Below are positions 1 to 11,874 of a stretch of DNA of 64,000 bases, in pieces (position 1 is the stretch's first letter; each line of letters opens with the position of its first letter). The notes below the pieces were generated by a model. It searched no databases. It saw nothing but the letters and a program-made list of their open reading frames with translations, and had not been told where the DNA came from. This DNA is from Octopus sinensis. Taxonomy: Eukaryota. The translations under genes were made by a program, and so were the position numbers. The stretch is from NCBI RefSeq assembly GCF_006345805.1, contig NC_042998.1, positions 8,928,001-8,992,000 of the forward strand, given 5' to 3'.

Positions 1-50
<50 letters not shown>
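1..50. repeat. (TA)n microsatellite
   Basis: Pure TA dinucleotide run from the window start. Confidence 0.98.
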
Positions 51-51
<1 letters not shown>

Positions 52-53
<2 letters not shown>

Positions 54-264
54 TCTCTTTTATCTCTTTTACTTGTTTCAGTCATTTGACTGCGGCCATG
101 CTGGAGCACCGCCTTTAGTCGATCAAATCGACCCCAGGACTTATTCTTTGTAAGCCCAGTACTTATTCTATCGGTCTCTTTTGCCGAACCGCTAAGTGAC
201 GGGGACGTAAACACACCAGCATCGGTTGTCAGGCAATGCTAGGGGGACAAACACAGACACACAA

Positions 265-334
<70 letters not shown>

Positions 335-494
335 CATATATACGACAGGCTTCTTTCAGTTTCCGTCTACCAAATCCACTCACAAGGCATTGGTCAGCCC
401 GGGGCTATAGCAGAAGACACTTGCCCAAGATGCCACGCAGTGGGACTGAACCCGCAACCATGTGGTTGGTTAGCAAGCTACTTACCACACAGCC
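52..494 (-). mobile_element. tRNA-derived SINE family A (internal TA/CA microsatellite), near full length
   Basis: Reverse complement of the copies at 4569-4984 and 15798-16203. Head has Pol III A-box-like TGGCTGTGTGG and B-box-like GGTTCAGTCCC; tail ends GAAACAAGTAAAAGAG. Confidence 0.85.
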
Positions 495-526
495 ATATAT
501 ATATATACACATTATTTTTTTCATTT

Positions 527-824
527 ATTTGTTTCAATCATTAGAATGTGGCCATGCTGGAGCACCGTCTTGAAACAATTTAGTCGAATGAATTGACCCC
601 AGTACTATTTTAAAGCCTGGTACTTATTCTATCGGTCTCTTTTCCCGAACCACTGAATTACGAGGAGATAGACAAACCAACATTGGTTTTCTTTCACTCT
701 CCGTCTACCAAATCCACTCGTAAGGCTTTGGTCGGCCTAAGGCAATATAGAAAACACTTGTCCAAGGTGCCACGCAGTGGGACTGAACCCGGGGCCATGT
801 GGTTGGGAGGCAAGCATCTTTACC
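527..824 (-). mobile_element. Degenerate SINE family A copy
   Basis: Same tail and head blocks as 52-494, with an internal deletion and substitutions. Confidence 0.7.
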
Positions 825-860
<36 letters not shown>

Positions 861-887
861 TAATATCCATACATATAATATATATAT

Positions 888-2278
888 ATGTGCGACCGCA
901 CATCACCTGTCAACTATCGCCCAGTCAGTCTCAATAGCTGTATTGCAAAACTGATGGAATCGTGTGTCAGAGAAACACTTTGGAACTTCTGGAGCTCTCA
1001 CAGTCTCATCCGACCCTCACAATATGGATTTGTCCCTAACTCCAGCTGCAGTGATCAGCTTGTCGAGTTCCTTGAGGACATTACTCAGATCACTGACAGT
1101 GGCTCATGGGTGGATGTTGTCTACCTTGACTTTGCTAAGGCTTTCAACTCTGTGCCACACAAAAGGCTTATGGTGAAACTCTCTGCAATGGGTATGAGGG
1201 ATGATCTTTTTAACTGGTTGAAATCCTTCATTCTCAGCCGAAAGGAGGTAGTCACAGTTCTAGGACAGCATTCTACACCATATGAGATGTCATCGGGTGT
1301 ACCACAGGGATCTGTCCTTGGTCCCCTCTTGTTTGTGGCATACATTAATGATATAGATGCCAATTTAAAGAATGCCACAGTATTGAAATATGCAGACGAC
1401 ATCAAGCTGTACCTTGAAATCAAGAGGACAGATCCTGTTGTCTACAGCTCTTTCCTGCAATCAGACCTGGACACAATGCAGCAATGGATCACAGACTGGC
1501 AACTGAAACTGGCTGTGGACAAGTGTACCACCATGCATTTTGGGAGAAAAAACCCTGCGTCCACATACTCCCTCCACACACTGATATAAAAAAATCCTCT
1601 TGCGAGCGTGACCTAGGCATCACTGTCAGCAGTGATTTGCGTTGGACAAAGCATATCTCTAAAATTGTCAAGAAAGCCGTGGGTGTCTTGGCATCACTCA
1701 GCAAGACTTTTGTTAGCCGCTCTCCAGCCATCTATTTAAAACTGTATACAGCTATGGTACGACCACACTTGGAATTCGCATCATCAGTTTGGAACCCCTA
1801 TCTTGCTCAGAACATTGACCTCCTGGAATCTGTTCAGAGACGCGCAACCAAACGCATACCCTCCATCAGACACCTACCATACTCTGAGCGCCTTGTTTCC
1901 CTGGGCATGGATTCACTGAAGCTCCGGCGTCTGGCGATGGACTTGGTAAACACCCACAAAGTTATCAACCACCTCACCAGCAACAACACTGAACACCTTT
2001 TTGATCTCCATGTGTCTAACACACGTGGACATGCCTACAAAGTCAGAAAACAACACAACTCCCATGACTTTCGGAAACATTTTTTCACGCTCAGAGTTGC
2101 TGAAGCATGGAACAAACTGCCTGCGTCAGTTGTTGACTGCCATGACACTGCATCCTTTAAGGCCCTCATGCTTTCCGAAATCCGCCGAAACTACACCTGA
2201 TTATACATACACTTTAGATGAGTTGTAGTGCACCTGAGCACTGTACACAATGTTTTTATTAATATTATTATTATTATA
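888..2278 (+). mobile_element. 5'-truncated CR1-clade LINE (RT domain plus C-terminus, one frameshift near 1580)
   Basis: ORF 888-1589 has NYRPVSL, YLDFAKAFNSV, GVPQGSVLGPLLF and KYADD. ORF 1484-2200 has ERDLGI, VRPHLEFASSVWNP, LESVQRRATK and TRGH, typical of the CR1 C-terminus. Ends in a GTGC-ACCTGA-GCAC stem-loop and a (TTA)n tail. Confidence 0.92.
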
Positions 2279-2280
2279 TA

Positions 2281-3100
2281 CAGGGTGCGATGGGTAAACT
2301 GTCGCCATTTTATAATTTCAATTTTGCGCATGCGCATTGTTTGTTCTTGATTTTGTCGACCACATAGTATAATAGGGTCAGTTGGGTACCGTTTGTGAGA
2401 AAAACAGCACCATGAAGCAATTCACTCTGCCAGAAATTTTGAAACGACGTGCTGTGCTGCTTGGCATTCGCAACGGAAGTTCCAATACGAACATTTCAGA
2501 GTGTTTGGGCATCAATCTGAGGACATTGCAGTCTGAGGACATGTACCGAGAAAGATAAAAATTAAACATCTAGTCAGAATCATGGTGTATGGAGTGAACA
2601 CTAGTGACAGCGACGTTATGCCTCCATTCATCTTCCCATACGGTCTCAGACTCAACACAGAGGCCTACATCAAGTGCCTGGAGGAGGTAGTGCTGCCCTG
2701 GGTCAAGATGGTGGCTGCTGGAAAACCCTGTGTCTGATAACTGGACTCTACACCATGCCACACAAACAGGAGAACCAAGTCATGGCAGTCAGACAATTCC
2801 TGTGACCACATCGCCCCCAAACTCTGACCACCTACCTCCTCCGACTACAACCTCCTTGATTATTATGTGTGGGGCGCAGTTGAGCAAAAGACCAACAAAA
2901 CTCCTTGAAACACCAAAGATGGACTGAAGGCAAGCGTTATGGCGGCATTCACCAACTTAAACAAGAAGACTGTCCAAAAGAGTTGCAGAAGATTCCGAAG
3001 TTATCTGGAGTCCAGGGTTGAAGCAAAATGGCGAGTTTATTGAATAAATTTAATATTTAGTATTTTTGATATTTTTATGTAATTTTGGTAAATACATCTG
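2281..3100 (+). mobile_element. Decayed Tc1/mariner (maT/DD37D-like) DNA transposon
   Basis: TA followed by a CAGGGTG terminus. Broken + strand frames give PPFIFPYGLRLNTEAYIKCLEEVVLPW, QLDSTPCH and YYVWGAVE, resembling the maT transposase catalytic region. No right TIR found. Confidence 0.7.
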
Positions 3101-3811
3101 TAGTGGATCTTGCAAGCATGAAGTGGATTCGATCCACCAAATTAAAATTAACACTCCAACAGAACTTTTCCCACGGTGGAACAATGGGTTTTCTTTGACA
3201 GCAGTTTTACATTTTCCATGTGCCTTTAGCTAGGCCGAAATCATTTCTTCACCACTTGACTCTTTCCAAAAGCTAGAATAGAGATAACAAGGCCACCAAC
3301 TAAATCTATTGTTCTCAATGATATATCTATCCTTCTGGATAGTTATATAAGCAGGCACACCCCAAGCAAAAATGAGTTAGTCACAGTCGGTGACGACTCA
3401 ATGACAACGAAATCTGGCTGACCAGCTACAATCTTGGCCAGAAGGAGAAATGAAGTTTACTGTCAGCAACTGTGAGACAACACCCTACAATTCTCTCTAG
3501 CTCTAATTCTGTTCTCTTACAACATCATACTATCTATCTCTGTAATTACTACTAAACAATGAAGAGGATACAAACACAAACTTTATTTCGCATGCTTTTG
3601 GGTTTATCATAACCTGTTCGTCGAGGCAAGGTATTGTAACGTAACGGTAAATAGATATTTCCTTAAAACTTCATGCATTGTTCATCTTTCACATCCTACA
3701 GTATGCAATTATAATAACAAAAAACTTTATTGTTACATATCTGTTAAAATGAAACGTCAGTGTTATTTTCATTTCTGCGTAATTTAGACGACAGTTTATT
3801 CACCGCACTCA

Positions 3812-3857
<46 letters not shown>

Positions 3858-3861
<4 letters not shown>

Positions 3862-4075
3862 GAAAAGAGTGAAAAAAACTACAGAAGGCTTGTTTTATAA
3901 GGTTAAAGAATATATTTAAGTCGTTATGTTAGAAGAATGTTATAAAATTTTTCTTACAGTAAAACTATGTTACTGTATGAAACATTTTATAACATTCTTC
4001 TAACATAACGACTTAAATATATTCTTTAACCTTATAAAACAAGCCTTCTGTAGTTTTTTTTCACTCTTTTCTATT
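3858..4075. repeat. Near-perfect 218-bp inverted repeat (foldback hairpin)
   Basis: Arms 3858-3948 and 3984-4075 are exact reverse complements apart from one homopolymer-length difference. Inner TACAGTAA/TTACTGTA stem closes a 7-nt loop. Confidence 0.95.
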
Positions 4076-4119
4076 TTGTGTATGTGTACTCCCATCGCAT
4101 TTCTGATCTAAAATTCTAA

Positions 4120-4276
4120 AATGCCGACCTAAATTAGTAATCAGTTAGAAGGTGGGATATTTATTATTCGTATAAAACTTTCGGTCGACACCGGTGACAA
4201 AAGAGTAAACTACACCGGTAAACAACTGTTTAAGTATATTTATTGCGTTGTATTTTGAAAAAGTGTACTAATTAAG
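4120..4276 (+). promoter_or_regulatory. PRPF31: Candidate non-coding first exon / promoter-proximal region of PRPF31 (start uncertain)
   Basis: Repeat-free, locally CpG-containing stretch ending in a consensus donor AAG|GTAAGT at 4276/4277. The first coding exon begins with an acceptor 9 nt before its ATG, so an upstream UTR exon is required, as in human. Confidence 0.55.
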
Positions 4277-4536
4277 GTAAGTGCTTAAAGCCTTAATTAT
4301 TTTCATTATTCTGTGTGATTTAAGTATTATTATTGTCCTTTTTTATGTTTTGAATTTATGTTGTGAATTTACTTGTATATTTTACAATCAAAGTTGAGGA
4401 AAATCAACGAAATGACATGTGTCCTTTGCATTCTTTTATTGTTTGATGTCACATTACGGAAAGATAGATGTAGCGTTTAGTTTGTCACTTGACAATTTGT
4501 CTGGATTGTTGTTTAGCCCTGAATCAGCCTCTATTA

Positions 4537-4568
<32 letters not shown>

Positions 4569-4570
<2 letters not shown>

Positions 4571-4722
4571 CTGTGTGGTAAGTAGCTTGCTTATGAACTA
4601 CATGGTTCCGGGTTCAGTCCCACTGCGTGGCACCTTGGGCAAGTGTCTTCTACTATAGCCTCGGGCCGACCAAAGCCTTGTGAGTGGATTTGGTAGACGG
4701 AAACTGAAAGAAGCCCGTCGTA

Positions 4723-4782
<60 letters not shown>

Positions 4783-4984
4783 CCTGTGTTTGTCCCCTAG
4801 TATTGCTTGACAACCGATGCTGGTGTGTTTACGTCCACGTAACTTAGCGGTTCGGCAAAAGAGACCGAGAGAATAAGTACTAGGCTTACAAAAGAATAAG
4901 TCCCGGGGTCGATTTGCTCGACTAAAGGCGGTGCTCCAACATGGCCGCAGTAAATGACTGAAACAAGTAAAAGAGTAAAGAGTA
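4569..4984 (+). mobile_element. tRNA-derived SINE family A
   Basis: GGCTGTGTGGTAAGTAGCTTGC...GGTTCAGTCCC head, internal (TA)n(TG)n, conserved tail. Confidence 0.88.
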
Positions 4985-5065
4985 TATATATCATCCAAAG
5001 CGTAGCTAGCAATTTTTTCCAGGTACCGTCTATCAGGAACCGGCAAAGATTTACTATTACAACCG

Positions 5066-5297
5066 TCAGAGTTGCTGAAGCATGGAACAAACTGCATCGT
5101 TTAAGGCCCTCATGCTTTCCGAAATCCGCCGAAACTACACCTGATTGTCCCCCTTCCATACTCATACACATATGTATATGTTATGACTCATGCACTGTTC
5201 TTTTCCTGACGCTTGTACTTTACCCTATGTACTATACATACACTTTAGATGAGTTGTAGTGCACCTGAGCACTGTACACAATGTTTTATTATTATTA
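5066..5297 (+). mobile_element. CR1 3'-end fragment (deletion/insertion subfamily)
   Basis: Matches the 3' end of the 888-2278 CR1 but lacks a ~30-bp segment and has an extra ~85-bp block in the 3'UTR, as does 27970-28667. Confidence 0.85.
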
Positions 5298-6265
5298 TAC
5301 TTTCAACGAGTGATTTTCGATTATTTTTGATGGTCAGATTCGTTCAAAACATCAAAACCCATGGGCAGACTTAAATTCATCCTTCAAATTTAGACGGGTT
5401 TAATACTAAAAATTTATCCAAGAACTTCATTATAAAACGGGACCTAGCTTCTTCGTTTTGTATATAAAGTTTAGCTGCTGTTTCAACAAAATAGAACAAC
5501 CACACTGAATCCTCCCTGAAGTGGTTCATATGTTGGTTAAACTAAAGCGTTATTTGTTGTTGAATGTAATACTTTTATTGTCTTTTGGGGCAAAATGAGT
5601 AAGACAAGATAATATAAATTTGCCTCATCAGTTCTCCAGAATTACATTTGAAAAAAGATTCAGACACGTCAATATTCATCTATAGACATCAGAAATGCAA
5701 AAGAAAATTAAAAAAATTAATATCTAGGTCAACTGAAAGAGGATCATGGAAAAATGACACATGATATGCAATTAACAAAACTTGACTAAATCTAAAAACT
5801 CAGCATAAAATATTCTTTATAGGTTCTTCATGATCTGGTGGAGTGGCTCTCTCCCTGATGTCTTTAAGCACCATGCAGTTAAAGAGAAGAAACTATTGAA
5901 ATTAATTATTACTCATTTTGCCCCGATTTGGACTTTTTTTTTTATTGAAAATTATAAAATTAGACATTAAGTTGGGGAAAATTGACTTGGAATCCATAAT
6001 CGAATATTGATGGTTCAACATCAAAAATTATCCAGATATTTTATTAGCAATCTCAGTTATAATCGAGTCAAGGAAAATTTTCTTGAAACAAAAGTACCTG
6101 TCACCTGACTATGTTTTAAATTCTCTGTGTAAAGAGATATTCTTTAAGGAGAAAATCGGAAATTACTCATTTTGCCCCACTCTCCTATTGATGTACTAAA
6201 ATTTTTGTGTTTCTTTTTGTATTAGTTTAATCGTATTTAACTACTTTATTTTTTAGTTGTGACTC

Positions 6266-6433
6266 ATGTCTCTGGCAGATGAATTGTTGGCTGATTTAGA
6301 AGAGGGTGGAGAAAACTTGGAAACTCAAGACATTGAGCAAGAAGATGTTACCGAGGTGTCTGATACAGTTATGGAAGTTGACACTACCAAACATTCTGTG
6401 CGGAGTGTTGCCAAGCTCCGAGATAGCACAGAG
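6266..6433 (+). CDS. PRPF31: PRPF31 coding exon 1 (U4/U6 snRNP protein Prp31)
   Basis: MSLADELLADLEE...SVRSVAKLRDSTE matches the Prp31 N-terminus. Acceptor TTTTAG ends at 6256, donor GT at 6434; 168 nt, phase 0. Confidence 0.97.
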
Positions 6434-6635
6434 GTTCGTGATTTACATTAATTATATTTCTTTAGTTAAAAGACAGCCAATAGTATTAAACATATTGAAA
6501 CTACAAGCATCTGCCAACATTTATCATATACTTCCATTCAATTTCTGTGATAGGGATAGGACTTTTGCTATTATTATTAATGGAGTTGAAGAATCTGTCA
6601 ACAATACGGAGACTATTTATGCATATATATATATA

Positions 6636-7198
6636 TTCCTCCCTTGGACACACAAAGACCTGTTGAGGCAAGCGAAGTCGATATCGAACCTCATCCGACG
6701 ACTGGCACCTATGCCAACCCCCCTTTGCTTGCGAAGACCTGTTGGGGCAATCAAAATTGAAATTGAACCAATCCTATGACTGGCACCCGGCAGATGCCAG
6801 GACCCCTGGACTGGAGATACGTAAAAAGCACTATCTGAATCGTGGCCGATGCCAGCGCCGCCTCGACTGGCTTCCGTGTCGGTGGCACGTAAAAAGCACC
6901 ATCCGAATCGTGGCCAAAGCCAGTGCCGCCTCGACTGGCTTCTGTGCAGGTGGCGCGTAAAATGCACCAATCCGACCGTGGCCGATGCCAGCCTCGCCTG
7001 GCACCAGTGCAGGTGGCACGTAAAAAGTACCCACTACACTCACGGAGTGGTTGGCGTTAGGAAGGGCATCCAGCTGTAGAAACATTGCCAGATAAGACCG
7101 GAGCCTGGTGCAGCCTTCTGGCTTCCCAGATCCCCGGTCGAACTGTCCAACCCATGCTAGCATGGAGAACGGACGTTAAACGATGATGATGATGATGA
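6636..7198 (+). mobile_element. 5'-truncated RTE LINE, 3'UTR only
   Basis: GTGGCAC-containing repeat modules, CCATGCTAGCATGG palindrome and (GAT)n tail, shared with the full-length RTE at 22297-27304. Confidence 0.85.
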
Positions 7199-7510
7199 TA
7201 TCTTATTTAGAGATAGAAGTCCCCATGCAATTCATCAAATCCTAATATACATCACACCATATCATAGAATTATATTTTAATACTTACTAATCATTTCTAA
7301 ATTTCTCTTCTACTCGTGTTTCATGAGGTGCGCTTTATGTTCCTTAGACGGACAATTTGTAAGAAAGTGGAATAGTCATTTGAATTAACTCTTAGTTATA
7401 GTTTATTAGATCAACTTATGTCATAAAGTATTAAGTCCTGTATTGTACTATTTTTGCCAATTCAATAATAACTCAGTAACGATGATTCTTTTTTTTTTTA
7501 TCATTTCAAG

Positions 7511-7568
7511 CTTAAATATGTTTTGCAAGAAATTGAAAAATTTTCTACCATGCAACGGAAAGATGGTG
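7511..7568 (+). CDS. PRPF31: PRPF31 coding exon 2
   Basis: LKYVLQEIEKFSTMQRKDG(V); AG acceptor at 7509-7510, GTAAGT donor; 58 nt, 3' phase 1 as human exon 3. Confidence 0.9.
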
Positions 7569-8369
7569 GTAAGTTTAAATTTTCCTTTGATTTAAAAAAA
7601 AAAAGAAGAAGAAATTACACTTGTAGAAATATATATTTTTTTTTCCTTGTGTAATTGAAAGAAAATGAACAAAGTTAAGTCTTTTGTATTACTGGTATTT
7701 ATTTTACCAGCCTTTGAAAGGTAAAGACAAAAACAATCCTGAAAGAACACTCATAAAGGGAAACAAAATTAAATGCTTTTAGTCATTTAGTCAAATGGCT
7801 TATTATTTCTACCAATAGATCATTTTTTTTTCTTTTGAAATAACCATTTTCCCCTGCTAACATGGTTTGTACAGGTATTATCATTGTACAGCATATTATC
7901 ATTCTTCTTCATCTTATATCATCTCATGTGAGAGGCTCAGCTTGCTATAAGGGGCGCCCTCCCTACTCACTATTTCTCATATCTTACTTTGTCTTTCTCT
8001 ACATGGGTTCTTGGATATTTCCCATTCTCAGCATACAATATACTTTTGCATTCAACAATTGTATCTCTTTATTTATTCAACATACTGCTCAATATCTCCC
8101 ATCCTTCAAACACCCTGGTACTTCAAACCAGCTGAATCTTATACTGACTACTCTTGCCAGTAAATAGGATTCACATTGACTCAAGCAAGACAATTATGCG
8201 ATTGAAGCCATCCTCCAAAACATATACCCTGCCATATTCAGGTGTAGGCATAACTATATGGTTAAGAAGTTTGCTTCCCAACCACACGATTCCAAGTTCA
8301 GTCCCCTGCATGGCTCCTTGGGCAAGTGTCTTCTACTATAGGATAGGTCAACCTATTTCATTTACTCTC

Positions 8370-8550
8370 TTTTCTCTCTCTTTTACTTGTTTCAGTCATG
8401 TGACTGTGGCCATGCTGGAGCACTGCCTTTAGTCAAGCAAATCGACCCCGGGACTTATTCTTTGTAAGCCTAGTACTTATTCTATCAGTCTCTTTTGCCG
8501 AACCGCTAAGTTACTCGGACATAAACATAGACACACAAACATATACACAC

Positions 8551-8588
<38 letters not shown>

Positions 8589-9980
8589 CATCATCATCAT
8601 CGTTTAACGTCCGTTCTCCATGCTAGCATGGGTTGGACGGTTCGACCAGGGTTCTGGGAAGCCAGAAGGCTGCACCAGGCTCCAGTCTAATCTGGCAATG
8701 TTTCTACAGCTGGATGCCCTTCCTAACGCCAACCACTCCGTGAGTGTAGTGGGTGCTTTTTACGTGCCACCTGCACAGGTGCCAGGCGAGGCTGGCAACG
8801 GCCACGGTCGGATTGGTGTATTTTATGTGCCACCGGCACGGAAGCCAGTCGAGGCGGTGCTGGCATCAGCCACGAGTCGGATAGTGCTTTTTACGTACCA
8901 CCAGACCAGAGATCCTGGCTGGTTCAATTTGATTTCGATTTCGCTTGCCCCAACATGTCTTCACAAGCAAAGGGGGTTGGCATGGGTGCCTGTCGTACGG
9001 TCGCATTGGAGTATTTTACGTGCCACGGCCACGAGTCGGATAGTGCTTTTTACGTACCACCAGACCAGGGATCCTGGCTGGTTCAATTCGGTTTCGATTT
9101 CGATTTCGCTTGCCCCAACATGTCTTCGCAAGCAGGGGGGTTGGCATGGGTGTCTGTCGTCGGATGAGGTTCTATATCGACTTCGCTTGCCTCAACAGGT
9201 TTTTGTGTCCAAGGGAGGAAAGGCATTCATAAGTGGGCTGGGCTCACTTGTCCTGCCTGGTCTTCTCACGTACAGAATATTTCCAAAGGTCTCGGTCGCT
9301 GGTCATTTCCTCAGTGAGGCCTAAAGTTCGAAGGTCGTGCTTCACCACCTCGTCCCAGGTTTTCCTGGGTCTACCTCTTCCACGGGTTCCCTCAACTGCT
9401 AGGGATTGGCACTTTCTCACACACCTATCTTCATCCATTCTCGCCACATGACCATACCAGCGCAATCGTCTCTCTTGCACACCACAACTGATGCTTCTTA
9501 GGTACAACATTTCTCTCAAGGTGCTAACGCTCTGTCGAGTATGTACACTGACATTACACATCCATCGGAGCATACTGGCTTCATTCCTCACGAGCTTACG
9601 CATGTCCTCAGCAGTCACGGCCATGTTTCGCTGCCATGTAGCATGGCTGTTCGTACACACGCATCATACAGTCTGCCTTTTACTCTGAGCGAGAGGCCTT
9701 TAGTCACCAGCAGAGGTAAGAGCTCCCTAAACTTTGCCCAGGCTATTCTTATTCTAGCAGTTACACTTTCAGCGCACCCACCCCCACTACTGACATATAT
9801 ATATATATACATATATACGACGGGCTTCTTTCAGTTTCCGTCTACCAAATTCACTCACAAGGCTTTGGTCGGCCCGAGGCTATAATAGAAGACACTTGCC
9901 TAAGGTGCCACGCAAGTGAGACTGATCCCAGAACCATGTGGTTTGTAAGCAAGCTACTTACCACACAGTCACTCCTACGC
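8370..9980 (-). mobile_element. SINE family A split by an RTE insertion in its internal (TA)n
   Basis: SINE tail half at 8370-8587 and head half at ~9795-9980, both on the - strand, flank the RTE fragment. Confidence 0.8.
8588..9794 (-). mobile_element. 5'-truncated RTE LINE (ORF C-terminus plus 3'UTR)
   Basis: ORFs 9615-9812 and 9244-9660 (SSGGGCAESVTARIRIAWAKFRELLPLL; RRLRWYGHVARM; GRGRPRKTWDEVV) are near-identical to the C-terminus of the 22427-25606 ORF; (GAT)n tail. Confidence 0.93.
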
Positions 9981-10833
9981 CATTTGATTTCTTTTTAAAA
10001 TCTTTTACTCCTGATCAGATCTTTTTGGGGATTTTTGCTATTTATTTCTACCAAAAGAATTAGATTCATTTTTGCATGGTATATTCAACTCCCCAAGACT
10101 TAGTTTTAGCAAATATTTGTATCATTTGTTTTTTTCTTTGCATTGTTTTTGCTTCCCAGCAGATAGCTCTCCTTAAAAAGCATGCTTAAGGATTATGCTC
10201 ATTCCCCATTTGTAATAAAGGACCAGTCCACCTCAGCTGATGGGAAACCAGCATAGTATGAATGGTTGAGGTTCCTGCTCTCTCTAAAACTTTTGTATCA
10301 GGTGTAAGCAATGTCAAGCTAATCCTCAGAATTTGACAGACACTTTTGGTGAAAGTGTTCTAAGGATTTTCTGTGGTAGTTGTAAACAGCTCATGTTTCT
10401 GCTATATAAACAAAAGAGGATAGTACAAATCCACAATAAACCAAAGTTTTTGTGCTGACCTTAATATGTCATTGTAATCATATACGATTCCATCTTCATA
10501 CCATTGGCCCAATGATGCAAAGATCATTCCAGCAGACATGGTCTGGTGCCATATTTGTAATAAGATTTCTAAGTCCCACATTGGTCTAAAAAGATGTTTA
10601 ACTGTCTGTAAATCAGACAAGACAAACAACACTGTGCTGTTTGAGGTGAGACATTTGCACTATTTGTAATGCAAATTTCAAGCAGCTCTCAGGACTAAAA
10701 AACATGTACTCATGAATGGAAAAAGTACATTGAACAAGAAGTGACCAAGCTTTGTATAAATGCAGACTTTCTCTCTCTCTCTCTCTCACTCCATATACAT
10801 ATATATATAAGAGAGCAAAGTGTACATACGCTG

Positions 10834-10886
<53 letters not shown>

Positions 10887-10887
<1 letters not shown>

Positions 10888-10977
10888 ATCAATATAGGGT
10901 GGCAAAAAATTTCGTAGAATTTTTTTGCCACCAGCGGCAAAAAATTCTACGAAATTTTTTGCCACCCTATATTGATT
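10887..10977. repeat. 91-bp palindrome / mini-MITE with TAGGGTG ends
   Basis: AATCAATATAGGGTGGCAAAAAATTTCGTAGAATTTTTTTGCC, a 6-nt spacer, then its reverse complement; differences only in homopolymer length. Confidence 0.9.
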
Positions 10978-11371
10978 AATTATGAATTTTCTGGTTAATT
11001 CCGTAATGGAATCGGCGGCTTATATTTGCTGCCGATAAATTTGGCGCGAGTGCGATGATTTGAAAATTTTAGGTCAGATATTGCCGAGACAGTGATAGAA
11101 GTGCCTCGTGTAAATATCTGCTCCGATCTGGCTGTTCTTTACTGACGAATCTATCGGCCTATGGAAGACTAGCTTGATTTAATTTAATTTAATTTAATCA
11201 GGTTAGTTTACCATTAAACAATAGATGAAACGGTGCATCGTATAAGGAACTACAGGGTAAATGTTTTTTTAATTTTCTCCTGGTTTGCGGAATTAATGTT
11301 GTTTTGCGGTTGAAGCTTTGGCTGTTATTTCTAGTGGGTGAATGGCCTATTATGGCCGTTCCTTGATTTGC

Positions 11372-11404
<33 letters not shown>

Positions 11405-11790
11405 CAAAATGGGTCAAGAACGCAAAACATCTGGACAGCTAGGGGATATTAAAAGGGACAGCAAAACATCCAGATAGATGATACAAAGAAAACAAGGACT
11501 GGTCATTTGAAGCCCTCTATCCTCAGTCAAGCACCAAATTATCATTGCAGTTTTTAAGTTACGAAACAATTTGTCATGATATTAGAATTTTCTTATTGTT
11601 AAATAAAATTTCATCAATTTCTGTCATTTATGACTTTATACACTCCTTATCATTTTCTCTTGTATCATACTATATATTCTACACATACGCGCACATATAA
11701 ATATATATATATGTATGTATAACAAATAATTTTGTTTCTGTCATTTACTATTGTATAGTATTGTAATATTGAATTGATTTTAATTTCCAG

Positions 11791-11874
11791 TCAGTGGTCC
11801 AGTCGAGGCAGATCCAGAATATAAACTCATTGTTGAAGCTAATAACATGACTGTTGAGATCGATACAGAAATCA
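11791..11874 (+). CDS. PRPF31: PRPF31 coding exon 3
   Basis: (V)SGPVEADPEYKLIVEANNMTVEIDTEI; 84 nt, the same length as human exon 4; canonical AG/GTAAGT. Confidence 0.97.
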
